A stretch of DNA of 64,000 nt from Candidatus Tritonobacter lacicola (lineage in GTDB: Bacteria > Auribacterota > Tritonobacteria > Tritonobacterales > Tritonobacteraceae), in contig JAVCDC010000145.1 of NCBI GenBank assembly GCA_030765135.1, forward strand, positions 7,175 through 71,174, written 5' to 3'. Position 1 is the first letter of the stretch. Each line of letters begins with the position of its first letter. Of the stretch, positions 1 through 9,983 are shown in pieces. The notes under the pieces were generated by a model. It saw only the letters and a program-made list of their open reading frames with translations. It ran no database searches and had not been told where the DNA came from. The position numbers were made by a program, and so were the translations under genes.

Positions 1-2
1 AC

Positions 3-1547
3 ATGCCCGGAATCGCCAGAGGGAAAACGCTGATGATCGGATTCTTCAGCAGGGGGCCCGTCGGCTCGCAGGCAGCGCTCCCCGCAATAGAGATCACGAC
101 ATCGACATACGTCATGCACTCCGCAAATATCCTGTACAGAAATGCCTATGACCACTTTGACCGGGAAACGCAGCGTGCCGGGCTGTTTTTAACCAATATT
201 CACAGCGAAGGGCCGAACAGGCCGGAAGACCTGCCGAACGCGAGGGTCTTCATGGACAGGAGCTGGCTGACCACGTTCTCGATGTTCTGCACCTATGCCG
301 GCAATACGCTGCTGCTTAAAAAGGGGAATCACCGGTTCGCGGTCGACCTGGCGACCTACTACCACAGGGGAGAAGAACTGTCCGAGCACATGTACATCAC
401 CGGCCTGACAGGCCCCGGAGGGAGGAAAACGTTCTTTGCGGGGGCGGCGCCGTCAGGGTGCGGCAAGACCGCGACAGCCATGGCGGGCACGGATTTCATC
501 GGCGACGACCTCGCGCGGCTATGGATCGCAGAGGACGGGACGCTGCGAGGCATCAACGCGGAGTTCGGTATCTTCGGGATCGTTCAGGACGTGAGCCTGG
601 AAAGCGATCCGCACCTGATGAACTGCCTGAGGGAGGAGGGCGCGGAAGTTATATGGTCAAACGTGCTTATCGATAAAGACAAAGTGCCCCACTGGGCCGG
701 AAACGGCGAAGAACATCCGAAAAGAGGCATCAACTTCCAGGGCGACTGGCAGGAAGGTAAGACGGATGAAGACGGAAAAGCCATTCCGCTCTCCCATCCG
801 AACGCGAGGTGCACGCTCCGGAACAACTCCATCGGGAATTACAGCGAGGAGGTGGGGGAAAACCCGGACGGGGCGCGAATCCAGGTGGTCACGTACAGCG
901 GGCGCGACAGCGATACGATGCCGCCCGTCTGGGTCGCCAAGAACCCCGATCACGGCGTCGTCATCGGGGCCTCGATCCTCTCGGCGGCAACCGCAACCGA
1001 GGTCGGTGTGACGGGAGTCAGACGCCAGCCCTGGGCCAATGAGCCGTTCATCCCCGGTCCGCTCTCCGACTATATGGATGCGCAGTTCAAGTTCTTCAAC
1101 TCAGGCAAGCTGAAGGCTAAACCCATTATGGCCGGACTGAACTATTTCCTTACGCACGGCGCGCGCGGAGGGGAGGGGACGGGGCTGCTCGGCGAGAAGC
1201 GCGACGTGAAAGCATGGCTCGGGTGGCTCGAATTACGGGTGCACGGAGAGGTCGACGCGATTGAAACGCCGATTGGATTCATCCCCAAGTACGGGGATCT
1301 CAACAAGTTGTTCGCCGGAATAGGCAAAGAGTATCCGAAGAGCCTGTATGACAAGCAATTCTCTTTCCACATAGAAAATATCATGGCAAGAATTATTCTT
1401 CAGGAAGAAGCCTATAAGAAAGAGAGAACCCCCCCCCCCACATTGTTCGAGGTCTATGAAGAGCAGAAAAGGGGCCTCGAAGCGCTGAAGGCAAAGTACG
1501 GACCGGTCGTTACGGTTGAACAGCTCATCGAGGGCGCCTGGAAATAG
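3..1547 (+). CDS. pckG: Phosphoenolpyruvate carboxykinase (GTP), 5' part outside window
   Basis: GAAPSGCGKT P-loop, IGDD motif, GINAEFGIFG, HPNARCT, PIGFIPKY. Confidence 0.93.
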   Translation: MPGIARGKTLMIGFFSRGPVGSQAALPAIEITTSTYVMHSANILYRNAYDHFDRETQRAGLFLTNIHSEGPNRPEDLPNARVFMDRSWLTTFSMFCTYAGNTLLLKKGNHRFAVDLATYYHRGEELSEHMYITGLTGPGGRKTFFAGAAPSGCGKTATAMAGTDFIGDDLARLWIAEDGTLRGINAEFGIFGIVQDVSLESDPHLMNCLREEGAEVIWSNVLIDKDKVPHWAGNGEEHPKRGINFQGDWQEGKTDEDGKAIPLSHPNARCTLRNNSIGNYSEEVGENPDGARIQVVTYSGRDSDTMPPVWVAKNPDHGVVIGASILSAATATEVGVTGVRRQPWANEPFIPGPLSDYMDAQFKFFNSGKLKAKPIMAGLNYFLTHGARGGEGTGLLGEKRDVKAWLGWLELRVHGEVDAIETPIGFIPKYGDLNKLFAGIGKEYPKSLYDKQFSFHIENIMARIILQEEAYKKERTPPPTLFEVYEEQKRGLEALKAKYGPVVTVEQLIEGAWK

Positions 1548-1641
1548 CCCGCTTAATGTCCGGGGTCGGCGTGAGAGCCGGCGATAGCCGAACAAGTCCT
1601 GCCGTATCTACTCGATCGAGGCTGCCGGCATACCCCGCGGA

Positions 1642-2301
1642 TCAGGAAACTTTGTCCTCGAAGGCCTCGATCTTTTTCTCCTCGCCCACTATGATAAGCG
1701 TGTCGTCCTCCCTGATGACGTAACCGGCGGGGGGAAGGAGCTGCAGCTCCGAGTTGTGCGGCTGCCTGATGGCGAAGACGTATATCCCGAACCTGTTCTT
1801 CAGGTCGAGCTCGGCCAATGAACGGCCGTAAAATTTCTTCGGGGCGGGGAACTCGATCACATTGTATCCCTCGGTAAGCCTGACGAACTCCAGCACGTTC
1901 GGGTTGGCCACCGTCTTTGCAAGACGCTGGGCCTCGTCCTTTTCCGGGAAGATGATCTTATCCGCCCCCACAAGGCAGAGAACGCGGGAGTGGTCGTCGC
2001 TGATGGCCTTCGCGTAGATGGTGCCGACTCCCAGTTCCTTGAGGAAGAGGGTCACCATCACGCCCAGGTCCAGCCTGGTCCCCAGGCAGACGACCGCCGC
2101 ATCGACATCACCGACGCCCAGCTTCTCAAGGGTCTCCTTGCACGCGGCGTCCGCAAGGACGGCCTGGTTCACACTGTCCTTTATAGACTGGATCTTCCCC
2201 TTGTCGGTATCTATCGCTATAACCTCGCACCCCTCCTTGGCCAGCGAGACGGCGAGCGTGTAGCCGAAGTTACCCAGGCCTATCACGGCAATCTTTTTCA
2301 T
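1642..2301 (-). CDS. ktrA: TrkA/KtrA family K+ uptake regulatory subunit (RCK domains)
   Basis: IAVIGLGNFG Rossmann start, GADKIIFPE, C-terminal RCK_C. Confidence 0.92.
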   Translation of the reverse strand: MKKIAVIGLGNFGYTLAVSLAKEGCEVIAIDTDKGKIQSIKDSVNQAVLADAACKETLEKLGVGDVDAAVVCLGTRLDLGVMVTLFLKELGVGTIYAKAISDDHSRVLCLVGADKIIFPEKDEAQRLAKTVANPNVLEFVRLTEGYNVIEFPAPKKFYGRSLAELDLKNRFGIYVFAIRQPHNSELQLLPPAGYVIREDDTLIIVGEEKKIEAFEDKVS

Positions 2302-2302
2302 G

Positions 2303-3688
2303 TCAGCCTATCATAACATTTTCCTCTGCAAACTCAAACCCCTCTCCCCTGCCGAACCTGCGCGCGACCAGCAGTGCCAGCCACAGGGGGCCGAGCCTCC
2401 CCACGAACATCGTTATTATGATTAAGACCTTGCCGGCCGGCACGAGCTCGCCCGTGCCGCCCATAGTCAGGCCGACCGTCCCGAAGGCCGATACCGTCTC
2501 GAAGAGCAGCTCGATAAATTTCTCCCGCGTCTCCGGCGTTGGAACAGCGGTGTGCTGGACGATCTGGAGTAACACCGTGACCGCAATAACAAGAACGAGG
2601 GCCAGGAAGAACACCGTTGCAGCCCGCGAGATAACACCCAGCGGTATCTTCCTTCTGAAAGCGGAGACGTTCTCCCTGCCCTTGATCCTGGTCAGGAAGA
2701 CTGCGACAAGGACGGCCAGCGTCGTGGTCTTGATTCCCCCGGCGGTAGACGCCGGCGATCCCCCGATGAACATCAGGATCATCAGGACCACGATGCTGGA
2801 GTTGGAACACGACGATACCTCGATTGTGTTGAAGCCGGCCGTCCGGGCCGTGATCGACTGGAAGAACGACGCGGTAATGCTCTCTCCCCAGCCCATTCCA
2901 GCCATGGCGTTACGGCATTCCATAACAAAGAAAAAGACGGCGCCCGCCAGAATCAGGATGACGGAGGAGGAGAGGACCAGCTTCGTGTGCAGGCTCAATG
3001 CCGGCAGGTCTCTCTTCATGACCCTGGCCCGTATGTACCTGCTCACGTCACCGTAGACGATGAATCCCAAGCCCCCGAGAACGATAAGCACCATCATCGT
3101 CACGTTCACAAGCAGTGAGGCCCTGAAACCGACGAAGCTGTCCGTGTAGAGCGAGAAGCCGGCGTTGCAGAAGGCGGAGACGGAGTGGAAAGCCGCGCTG
3201 TACAGGGCCATGCCGGTCGGACAGACCCCGCGAAAATAGAGGAAGAGGAGGAGGAACCCGAGACCCTCTATGACGATCGTGACGACTAATATCCTCTTCA
3301 GTGCAAGGAGTATGCCCCTGGCACTGAGATCTTCAAGGCTGTCCTTGAACACCATGACCTCGCCGAAAGAGAGGCGACGGCCAAGCATCATGATGAAGAA
3401 CGTGGCGAAGGTCATTATCCCCAGCCCGCCCAGCTGGATGAGGACGAGGATAACGATCTGGCCGAAAAGAGTGAAGTCCGAGCCGGTGTCCTTGACGATG
3501 AGGCCGGTTACGCAGACCGCCGATGTCGAGGTGAAAAGGGCGTCGACGAACGAGATATCGCCGCCGGCAGTGGAGCATGGCAGCTCAAGGAGGAGCGTCC
3601 CCAGTGCGATAACCGTGAGGAAGCTCATGATCATGAGGGTCCCCGACCCCGGCTCCAACTTCCCGGCACCACCGGACCGCCTCAGCAT
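2303..3688 (-). CDS. ktrB: TrkH/KtrB K+ uptake membrane protein
   Basis: SAVCVTGL, SAFCNAGF, RTAGFNT, SAFGTVGLT pore loops; GGIKTTT. Confidence 0.93.
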   Translation of the reverse strand: MLRRSGGAGKLEPGSGTLMIMSFLTVIALGTLLLELPCSTAGGDISFVDALFTSTSAVCVTGLIVKDTGSDFTLFGQIVILVLIQLGGLGIMTFATFFIMMLGRRLSFGEVMVFKDSLEDLSARGILLALKRILVVTIVIEGLGFLLLFLYFRGVCPTGMALYSAAFHSVSAFCNAGFSLYTDSFVGFRASLLVNVTMMVLIVLGGLGFIVYGDVSRYIRARVMKRDLPALSLHTKLVLSSSVILILAGAVFFFVMECRNAMAGMGWGESITASFFQSITARTAGFNTIEVSSCSNSSIVVLMILMFIGGSPASTAGGIKTTTLAVLVAVFLTRIKGRENVSAFRRKIPLGVISRAATVFFLALVLVIAVTVLLQIVQHTAVPTPETREKFIELLFETVSAFGTVGLTMGGTGELVPAGKVLIIITMFVGRLGPLWLALLVARRFGRGEGFEFAEENVMIG

Positions 3689-3771
3689 GTTATAGACACC
3701 TCCACAATCTTTTTACGGCAGAAGCTACAAGCTCTTATAACAAACCGGAACAAGATGCCTCATCGTTGCCT

Positions 3772-4401
3772 TTACATCTCCCTCGAGAGCCGCTCGATGA
3801 GGCCGTCTATCGCCTTGAGGATTGAAGCCGGGACCACCCTCAATATCTCTCCTTCTTTCCGGACAGCCCTGAGGCTTGCTATAAGCCGACCCAGGTGCCG
3901 GGCGCGGCGCTCCCTCCCCGCGGCTTCCGGATCGGCCGCCTCCTTGAGGCTCTTGAAACGGCTGTAGACATCCCTGTGATCCTTTCCCTCGACCAGGACA
4001 TCCCCCCTGAGAACCTGGAGGTCCGCCTCCGAGAGAACGCCGCTCTTCCTCGCGCGACGCAGGACGCCTATCGCATCCGGCGATGGAACTTTCCCCGGCG
4101 ACAGATTTTCCGCGCGGAGAAAGTCCGGCTCCTCCTCTTCGAGGTAACGGTACGACAGGAGCAGCTTCGAGGCCGTCGCCCGACGGATCCCGACCTCCTT
4201 CGAGCAGTATCCCTCGAAGCTCAGGAATCCCCAGCTTTTATACATTTTATCGCTCCGAACGACGTGGAGACAACGGGCCAGTTCTATCCAGGACGTCTTG
4301 AAGCTCCTGGCCGAGAGCAGGACCCGGTGACGCAAGGACCCTTCCTCGACTTCCGTCAGTTTACTCTCTATAGCCTGCAGGGACTTCGGCTTTGCCTGCA
4401 T
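3772..4401 (-). CDS. Hypothetical protein
   Basis: Long ORF; ATG at 4401 preceded by an AAGGGG RBS; helical and charged. Confidence 0.7.
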   Translation of the reverse strand: MQAKPKSLQAIESKLTEVEEGSLRHRVLLSARSFKTSWIELARCLHVVRSDKMYKSWGFLSFEGYCSKEVGIRRATASKLLLSYRYLEEEEPDFLRAENLSPGKVPSPDAIGVLRRARKSGVLSEADLQVLRGDVLVEGKDHRDVYSRFKSLKEAADPEAAGRERRARHLGRLIASLRAVRKEGEILRVVPASILKAIDGLIERLSREM

Positions 4402-4579
4402 ATTGAATCCCCTTTCATTAACCCTTCCCAAAAAAACACGAAGGTGTTTAGTTTATAACATTCCGGTAAAAAGCAGTACCCGTAATAATTCCACGCAATT
4501 ATCGATTGTCCGCAGAGATAATATCGTGTAGTCTTTCAAAAGAAAGCCATGGAGACCGTTAACCCAACGGAGGAAGAAC

Positions 4580-4882
4580 ATGCTCGGTAAACTAGGCGAT
4601 ATGGGCGGTATGATAAAAGCCATGAGCCAGATGAAGAAAGCCCGGAAGCAACTGAGGAGCCTCACCTTTTCGGCGACCGCCGGCGAGGTAACGGCAACCG
4701 TGAACGGGGAAATGGACCTCGTCGGCATCGAGATCGACCCGCAGGCCCTCCAGCCCGATCGCGCGACGGCACTCGAGAGTCAGATCACAGGCGCGGTGAA
4801 CGACGCCCTCAAGAAGGCGAAGATGGAATCGGCGAAAATGCTCAGCGGCATGACAGGCCTGAAGATCCCCGGGATGGGATAG
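4580..4882 (+). CDS. ybaB: YbaB/EbfC nucleoid-associated protein
   Basis: About 100 aa; GEVTATVNGEMDLVGIEIDP, AVNDAL, C-terminal GLKIPGM; GGAGG RBS. Confidence 0.88.
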   Translation: MLGKLGDMGGMIKAMSQMKKARKQLRSLTFSATAGEVTATVNGEMDLVGIEIDPQALQPDRATALESQITGAVNDALKKAKMESAKMLSGMTGLKIPGMG

Positions 4883-4930
4883 GCGTACAGGCACAAGATG
4901 CAACACTTTGATAAAAATGGGAGAAATAAC

Positions 4931-5371
4931 ATGAAAAAGGTCCTCTGCAGCTGCCTCGTACTTGCAATCTGTTTGTCCTGCGGATGCGCCCGGCTGCGTC
5001 TGTGTAAAAAAGAGGCCCCGGGAGAGACGGAGCTTGTCTTAATATACCGGGACATCGTCGCGGGAGAAGATGCCCGGCCCCGCTACGAAACGAAGTTCAA
5101 GGTATTCATCGACGGCGAGCTCGCCGGCGAAAGCGATGCGGCGAAGAGGTTCGAGAAAAAAACCTTGCGCGTCGCGGTTGAGCCCGGCCCCCACGCTGTT
5201 ATAGTCGAAGGATACGCCCTCAAGGACGGCGTATGGGAGAAGAGAACGAAAGCAAAAGGCTATTCCGCCGACCATCGTCTCGAAAAGGAAATCGAGATAA
5301 GCCCGGGCGAACAAATGATCGTAAATTTCATAGTTCCCGACAGGGCAAAACATCTAAAGATACGCTTGTAA
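4931..5371 (+). CDS. Hypothetical lipoprotein
   Basis: MKKVL signal peptide with LSCG-C lipobox-like motif; GGAG RBS. Confidence 0.7.
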   Translation: MKKVLCSCLVLAICLSCGCARLRLCKKEAPGETELVLIYRDIVAGEDARPRYETKFKVFIDGELAGESDAAKRFEKKTLRVAVEPGPHAVIVEGYALKDGVWEKRTKAKGYSADHRLEKEIEISPGEQMIVNFIVPDRAKHLKIRL

Positions 5372-5398
5372 GTGAAAAGCTTCCCGGCCATTTTTTTC

Positions 5399-5427
5399 TT
5401 GACCGGATTCATAAGGAAGCATACATT
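5399..5427 (+). promoter_or_regulatory. Sigma70-like promoter for XRE gene
   Basis: TTGACC-17 nt-TACATT, 46 nt upstream of ATG 5474 with an AAGGAGG RBS. Confidence 0.55.
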
Positions 5428-5473
5428 AAAAATGTTTCGCTGAAATACACAAAACGAATTAAGGAGGTCGATT

Positions 5474-5965
5474 ATGCCTAACGTTGCCTCGGTATTGAGG
5501 GAAGAGATAAAGAGACTGTCGCGCAAAGAGATCAGGCAGTCGACGACCCGGCTCAAGGGCAAGGTCATAGCCCTCTCGAAGACGGTAAGCCGCCAGAGGA
5601 ACAAGGTCGCCGGATTGGAGAAAGAGATCGCGCAACTCCGCAAGATGGTTATGGCCGGTAAACCCGCTCCCATCGCGGCACCGGCAGAGGCGCTGAAGAA
5701 AGCCCGCCTAGGCCCCAGGTCGATCAGGGCACAGCGAAATCGGCTGAAACTGACACAGGCACAGTACGCAAAGCTCCTCTGCGTGAGCTCACCGACCATC
5801 CTTGCATGGGAGAAGGGGAAGTCGACGCCGAGGGGAGAAAAACTGGCCGCCCTCGTCGGCATCCGCAAAGTGTCGCCGGCCGAAGCCCGCCAGAGACTCG
5901 GCCTCCCGCCGGTTGCCCGGAAGAAAAAGAAAAGGAAGAAGGGAAAGAGAAAGAAGAAAAAATAA
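5474..5965 (+). CDS. XRE/YiaG-type HTH protein with N-terminal coiled coil and Lys/Arg tail
   Basis: MPNVASVLREEI start; LTQAQYAKLLCVSSPTILAWEKG HTH. Confidence 0.85.
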   Translation: MPNVASVLREEIKRLSRKEIRQSTTRLKGKVIALSKTVSRQRNKVAGLEKEIAQLRKMVMAGKPAPIAAPAEALKKARLGPRSIRAQRNRLKLTQAQYAKLLCVSSPTILAWEKGKSTPRGEKLAALVGIRKVSPAEARQRLGLPPVARKKKKRKKGKRKKKK

Positions 5966-6104
5966 ATAGGGTGCATTTTATTATCCCTTTGCACACCGGC
6001 AGCCCGGAGCGAAAGATATCGTTCCGGGCTGCCGCTTTTTTAGTTCTATTTACAACCGGAATTAATTACCATTTGATAGGGGAAACACATCGCGATTTGA
6101 GGTT

Positions 6105-6662
6105 GTGATGGTTATTATAATTATCTCACTGGTACTCGTACTTATCCTCTGGAGCGTCGTTACATTCAACAGGCTCGTACGCGGGAAGAACCTCGTGCGC
6201 GAGGCATGGAGCGGTATCGACGTCCAGCTCAAGAGGCGGTACAACCTTATACCGGCCCTCGTGGAGGCCGTGAAGGGCTACAGCGGGCACGAGCGGAAGC
6301 TCTTCGTGAAAATAGCGGAGATGCGCTCACGGTGCGTGGCCGCCGGGGGCGTGAGGGAGCAGGGTGAAGCGGAAAACCTGCTCTCGCGGACGATTAAATC
6401 CCTCTTCGCCGTGGCCGAGGCTTACCCCGACCTCAAGGCAAACCGGGGCTTTCTCAACCTTCAGGAAAACCTCTCTGAGATAGAGGACGAGATCCAGCTC
6501 GCACGGCGCTACTACAACGGAACTGTGAGAAACTTCAACATCAGGGTAGAGTCCTTCCCCGGCATGCTGGTGGCCGGGCTGTGCGGCTTCAGGCAGGCAG
6601 GCTTCTTCGAGATCGAATACGCCACGGAGCGCCAGGCTCCAGAGGTGAAGTTCCAGCAGTGA
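6105..6662 (+). CDS. lemA: LemA family protein
   Basis: AWSGIDVQLKRRYNLIP, AEAYPDLKA, RRYYNGTVR. Confidence 0.95.
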   Translation: MMVIIIISLVLVLILWSVVTFNRLVRGKNLVREAWSGIDVQLKRRYNLIPALVEAVKGYSGHERKLFVKIAEMRSRCVAAGGVREQGEAENLLSRTIKSLFAVAEAYPDLKANRGFLNLQENLSEIEDEIQLARRYYNGTVRNFNIRVESFPGMLVAGLCGFRQAGFFEIEYATERQAPEVKFQQ

Positions 6663-6664
6663 CG

Positions 6665-7852
6665 ATGAAGGCGGCAGCCGTATTCCTTGCAATCCTTGCG
6701 GTCGCGGCCGCCGTCAGCGGTGAAACACCCATCGGTGAGACGGCGCCCCCGAGGAGGACCGTTCACCTCGCCGACCCAGAGCGCATCCTCGGCTTCCACT
6801 CCGACATCGTCCTTCTCGACGACGGCTCGCTGAAGGTCACCGAGACAATCGAGGTCATAGCACTCGGCCGGGAGATACGCCGCGGCATCTACCGCGACTT
6901 CCCGGCGCCGCGCGGTTCATCCGGAAAGGACAAAGAGAGCGGATTCAAGATCATCGAAGTCCTCCGCGACGGGGAGGCCGAGCCCTACCACACGGTCACG
7001 CTCAGCTCCTGCACGCGCGTCTACATGGGGAAGGCGGACCTCTTGCTGGAGCCGGGCGAGTACACCTACACGTTTACCTATTTGACAAAGCGAGGAGCGG
7101 AGACAGCGGCCAGCGAAGAAGAACTCTACTGGAACGTGAACGGCCTTAAATGGCAATTTCCCATGGACAAGATATCGGCAACGATAACGCTACCTGAGGG
7201 CATATCAGCCGAGACGGTCCTCCGCGAAGGCTATACGGGCAAGCGTGGAAAAAGAGGATTGGACTATCGATCATGGATCAACGGGTCGGGCAGAATTCGT
7301 TTTGAAACGACCAGGCCGTTCCTGCCGGGCGAATGCCTTACCATACTGCTACGCTGGTCGAAGGGTATCGTGTCGGAGCCAACTTACAAGGGATACGCTG
7401 ATAAGACTATAGAATTACCTCCTTTTCATGGAGAGAAGAAGAGAGTGGCAGTCCTTGATTTGACAATGACAGAAAATATTGATAAAGCGCTTGCGATACC
7501 ACTCTCTGACCAGCTAAGGGCAGAACTCTTTGAAACAGGACACTTTATTATGATGGACAGGAAAAATATGCAGGATATTTTAGAGGAACAAGACTTTCAG
7601 TACAGTGGACGATGCGATTCGATAGAGTCTCTTGTTAAGATAGGCAAAATCTTGAGAGTGCAGAAAATGGTTTCAGGAAGCTTGGGGAAAATTGGGGAAA
7701 GTTACCTAATCAGTTTAAAAATGGTAGATATAGAAACGGCTGAGATTAACAGTGTATCCAGGGAAAAGTGTATTGGTATGACAGACCAGCTAGTAGATGG
7801 AGTTTGTGTAGCTGCAAAGAAGCTCGTTCAAATATACGAGTCCGGGAAGTGA
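6665..7852 (+). CDS. Secreted DUF2207 N-terminal domain fused to a CsgG/HfaB-like C-terminal domain
   Basis: Signal peptide; IRRGIYRDFP and ELYWNV; then VAVLDL...DRKNMQDILEEQ...IGKIL...LKMVDIETAEI. Confidence 0.75.
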   Translation: MKAAAVFLAILAVAAAVSGETPIGETAPPRRTVHLADPERILGFHSDIVLLDDGSLKVTETIEVIALGREIRRGIYRDFPAPRGSSGKDKESGFKIIEVLRDGEAEPYHTVTLSSCTRVYMGKADLLLEPGEYTYTFTYLTKRGAETAASEEELYWNVNGLKWQFPMDKISATITLPEGISAETVLREGYTGKRGKRGLDYRSWINGSGRIRFETTRPFLPGECLTILLRWSKGIVSEPTYKGYADKTIELPPFHGEKKRVAVLDLTMTENIDKALAIPLSDQLRAELFETGHFIMMDRKNMQDILEEQDFQYSGRCDSIESLVKIGKILRVQKMVSGSLGKIGESYLISLKMVDIETAEINSVSREKCIGMTDQLVDGVCVAAKKLVQIYESGK

Positions 7853-7905
7853 AATGACTAACTTTTAAACAGCATAACAATGGTAAACACTGTGGAGGTA
7901 TAGCA

Positions 7906-9885
7906 ATGATAAGAAAAAATGGATTGCATCGCTATATTTCAATTGTTGCGTCCACTTTCATCTGCCTTACGACTTCGATGGCTGAGCAGTCCTCCGCCGA
8001 TGAAAGAATACTCTCCTACCACAGCCATATCACCGTGCACGAGGATTCCTCCATGACCGTACGGGAGACCATTAAGGTCAGAAGCGAGGGAAAGAAAATA
8101 AAGCGCGGCATCTACCGGGACTTTCCCACGAGGTACAAAGACCATTTGGGCAATCGATATGTCGTCGACTTCAAGGTCAGAGAGGTTCTGAGGGACGGAA
8201 AGCCGGAGGCGTACCACACCGAGAGCCTGAGCAACGGCACGCGGGTAAAAATGGGGAAGAAGGACGTCCGCCTCCCGCCCGGGGAGTACACCTACGCCAT
8301 CACGTATGAGACGAACAGGCAGCTTGGCTTCTTCGAGGACCACGACGAGCTCTACTGGAACGTCACGGGCAACGACTGGGAGTTTCCAATTGAGGAGGCC
8401 TCGGCGACGTTGGAACTGCCCGAGGGCATTTCCCGGAGCAGCCTGACCCTTCAGGGGTATACGGGCCCGGAGGGCTCTACAGCCGGCAACCTCATGATAT
8501 CCGTCGATGATTATGAGTACCCGGCTTTTCACACGACAAAGCCGTTGAAATCCCTGGAGGGCCTCACGATCGTGGCCGCCTGGCCGAAGGGCTTCGTTGA
8601 GCCGCCGTCACGCGCCGAAAAGTTCGGCTATTTCGTCCGGGACAATCTTGGCGCCGGCGTGGGCGGACTCGGCGTCCTTGTCATCCTCGGATACTACCTG
8701 GTGACGTGGGCCATGGCAGGGAAGGACCCCACCGGGGGGACGATCATTCCCCTCTACCGCCCGCCGGAGGGATTCTCCCCGGCGGCCATGCGCTACATCT
8801 TCAAGATGGGCTACGACAGCAAGGCCTTCACCGCCGCCCTTATCAACATGGCCGTGAAGGGATTCATAACCATCCGTGAGGAAGATGGTGTCTACACCGT
8901 GGTCAAAGAGCGCGCAGAGACAAAGGGACTCTCACCGGAAGAGAAGAAGATCGCCGCCAGATTGCTGAAGCCCCGACTGAAAAGCGAAGTGGAACTCCAG
9001 AAGAAGAACCACTCGAGAATAGGGAAGGCCGTCGTGGCGTTGAAGAAGTCTCTCAAGCTCCAGTACGAAACAAAATACTTCGTCACCAACAAGAAATACT
9101 TCATCCCGGGACTGGTGCTTTCCATCGTCGTCATCCTCGCCGCCGCCGTGTGCGCGGGGATCGCCGGAAACGCGCCCGCGGTGCTCTTCATGTGTGCCTG
9201 GCTCACCGGATGGAGCGTCGGCGTGGTCTTCCTCCTGTTCGCCGTGATATCCGCCTGGAAAAGCGTATTCCAGTGGAGCGGCGGAAGACTGCAGCACCTG
9301 GGGGTAGCGATACCAATTACCCTCTTCGCACTGCCGTTCCTGGCCGGCGAGGCCTTCGGTATATGGTTCCTCATCTCTCACTCGACCCCGCTGTTGATAC
9401 CCCTCATGCTGGCAATCGTCTTCATCAACTGCCTCTTCTACCACCTGCTGAAGGCACCCACGCGCGCGGGGAGGATGCTGCTCGACAAGATCGAGGGGTT
9501 CAGGATGTATCTCGGCGTGGCGGAGAAGGAGCGCCTCGATCTCCTCAGCTCACAGAAAAAGACGCCCGAGCTTTTCGAGCGGTACCTCCCGTACGCCCTC
9601 GCCCTCGACCTGGAAAACAGGTGGTCCGAGAAGTTCGCCGACGTCCTCGCCCGGGCCAGGGAGGACGGCACGGAATACCGCCCCGTGTGGTACTCCGGCA
9701 CCTCGTGGAGCAGCGCCAGACCCGGGACCTTCGCGTCATCTCTCGGCGGGACATTCTCCTCCGCGATATCCTCCTCGTCCACCGCCCCCGGTTCGAGTTC
9801 CGGCCTCGGCGGTGGCGGATTCTCCGGTGGAGGCGGGGGATCCTCCGGGGGAGGCGGAGGCGGAGGCGGAGGCGGAGGCTGGTAA
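7906..9885 (+). CDS. DUF2207 membrane protein
   Basis: GIYRDFP, DELYWNVTG, FERYLPYALAL, C-terminal GGGGGGGW. Confidence 0.93.
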   Translation: MIRKNGLHRYISIVASTFICLTTSMAEQSSADERILSYHSHITVHEDSSMTVRETIKVRSEGKKIKRGIYRDFPTRYKDHLGNRYVVDFKVREVLRDGKPEAYHTESLSNGTRVKMGKKDVRLPPGEYTYAITYETNRQLGFFEDHDELYWNVTGNDWEFPIEEASATLELPEGISRSSLTLQGYTGPEGSTAGNLMISVDDYEYPAFHTTKPLKSLEGLTIVAAWPKGFVEPPSRAEKFGYFVRDNLGAGVGGLGVLVILGYYLVTWAMAGKDPTGGTIIPLYRPPEGFSPAAMRYIFKMGYDSKAFTAALINMAVKGFITIREEDGVYTVVKERAETKGLSPEEKKIAARLLKPRLKSEVELQKKNHSRIGKAVVALKKSLKLQYETKYFVTNKKYFIPGLVLSIVVILAAAVCAGIAGNAPAVLFMCAWLTGWSVGVVFLLFAVISAWKSVFQWSGGRLQHLGVAIPITLFALPFLAGEAFGIWFLISHSTPLLIPLMLAIVFINCLFYHLLKAPTRAGRMLLDKIEGFRMYLGVAEKERLDLLSSQKKTPELFERYLPYALALDLENRWSEKFADVLARAREDGTEYRPVWYSGTSWSSARPGTFASSLGGTFSSAISSSSTAPGSSSGLGGGGFSGGGGGSSGGGGGGGGGGGW

Positions 9886-9915
9886 AAATAGGGGACGGTG
9901 TTTACTTGTTAACTT
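9886..9915 (+). repeat. Left copy of 30-bp inverted repeat (RAYT-end-like GGGGACGG motif)
   Basis: aaataggggacggtgtttacttgttaactt is 27/30 identical to the reverse complement of 11031-11060. Confidence 0.75.
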
Positions 9916-9983
9916 CTTTATTATGCATACCGCCCCGTCTTTTTTCGATCTGCTGTAGAGACTGAAAATACGGAAAGAGGGTC

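Noticed and set aside
1429-1439. C11 tract in pckG as a phase-variation switch
   Set aside because: Frame is intact and the tract is near the 3' end of a housekeeping gene; no supporting evidence
9800-9885. GGAGGC microsatellite
   Set aside because: Encodes the normal Gly-rich C-terminus of DUF2207 proteins
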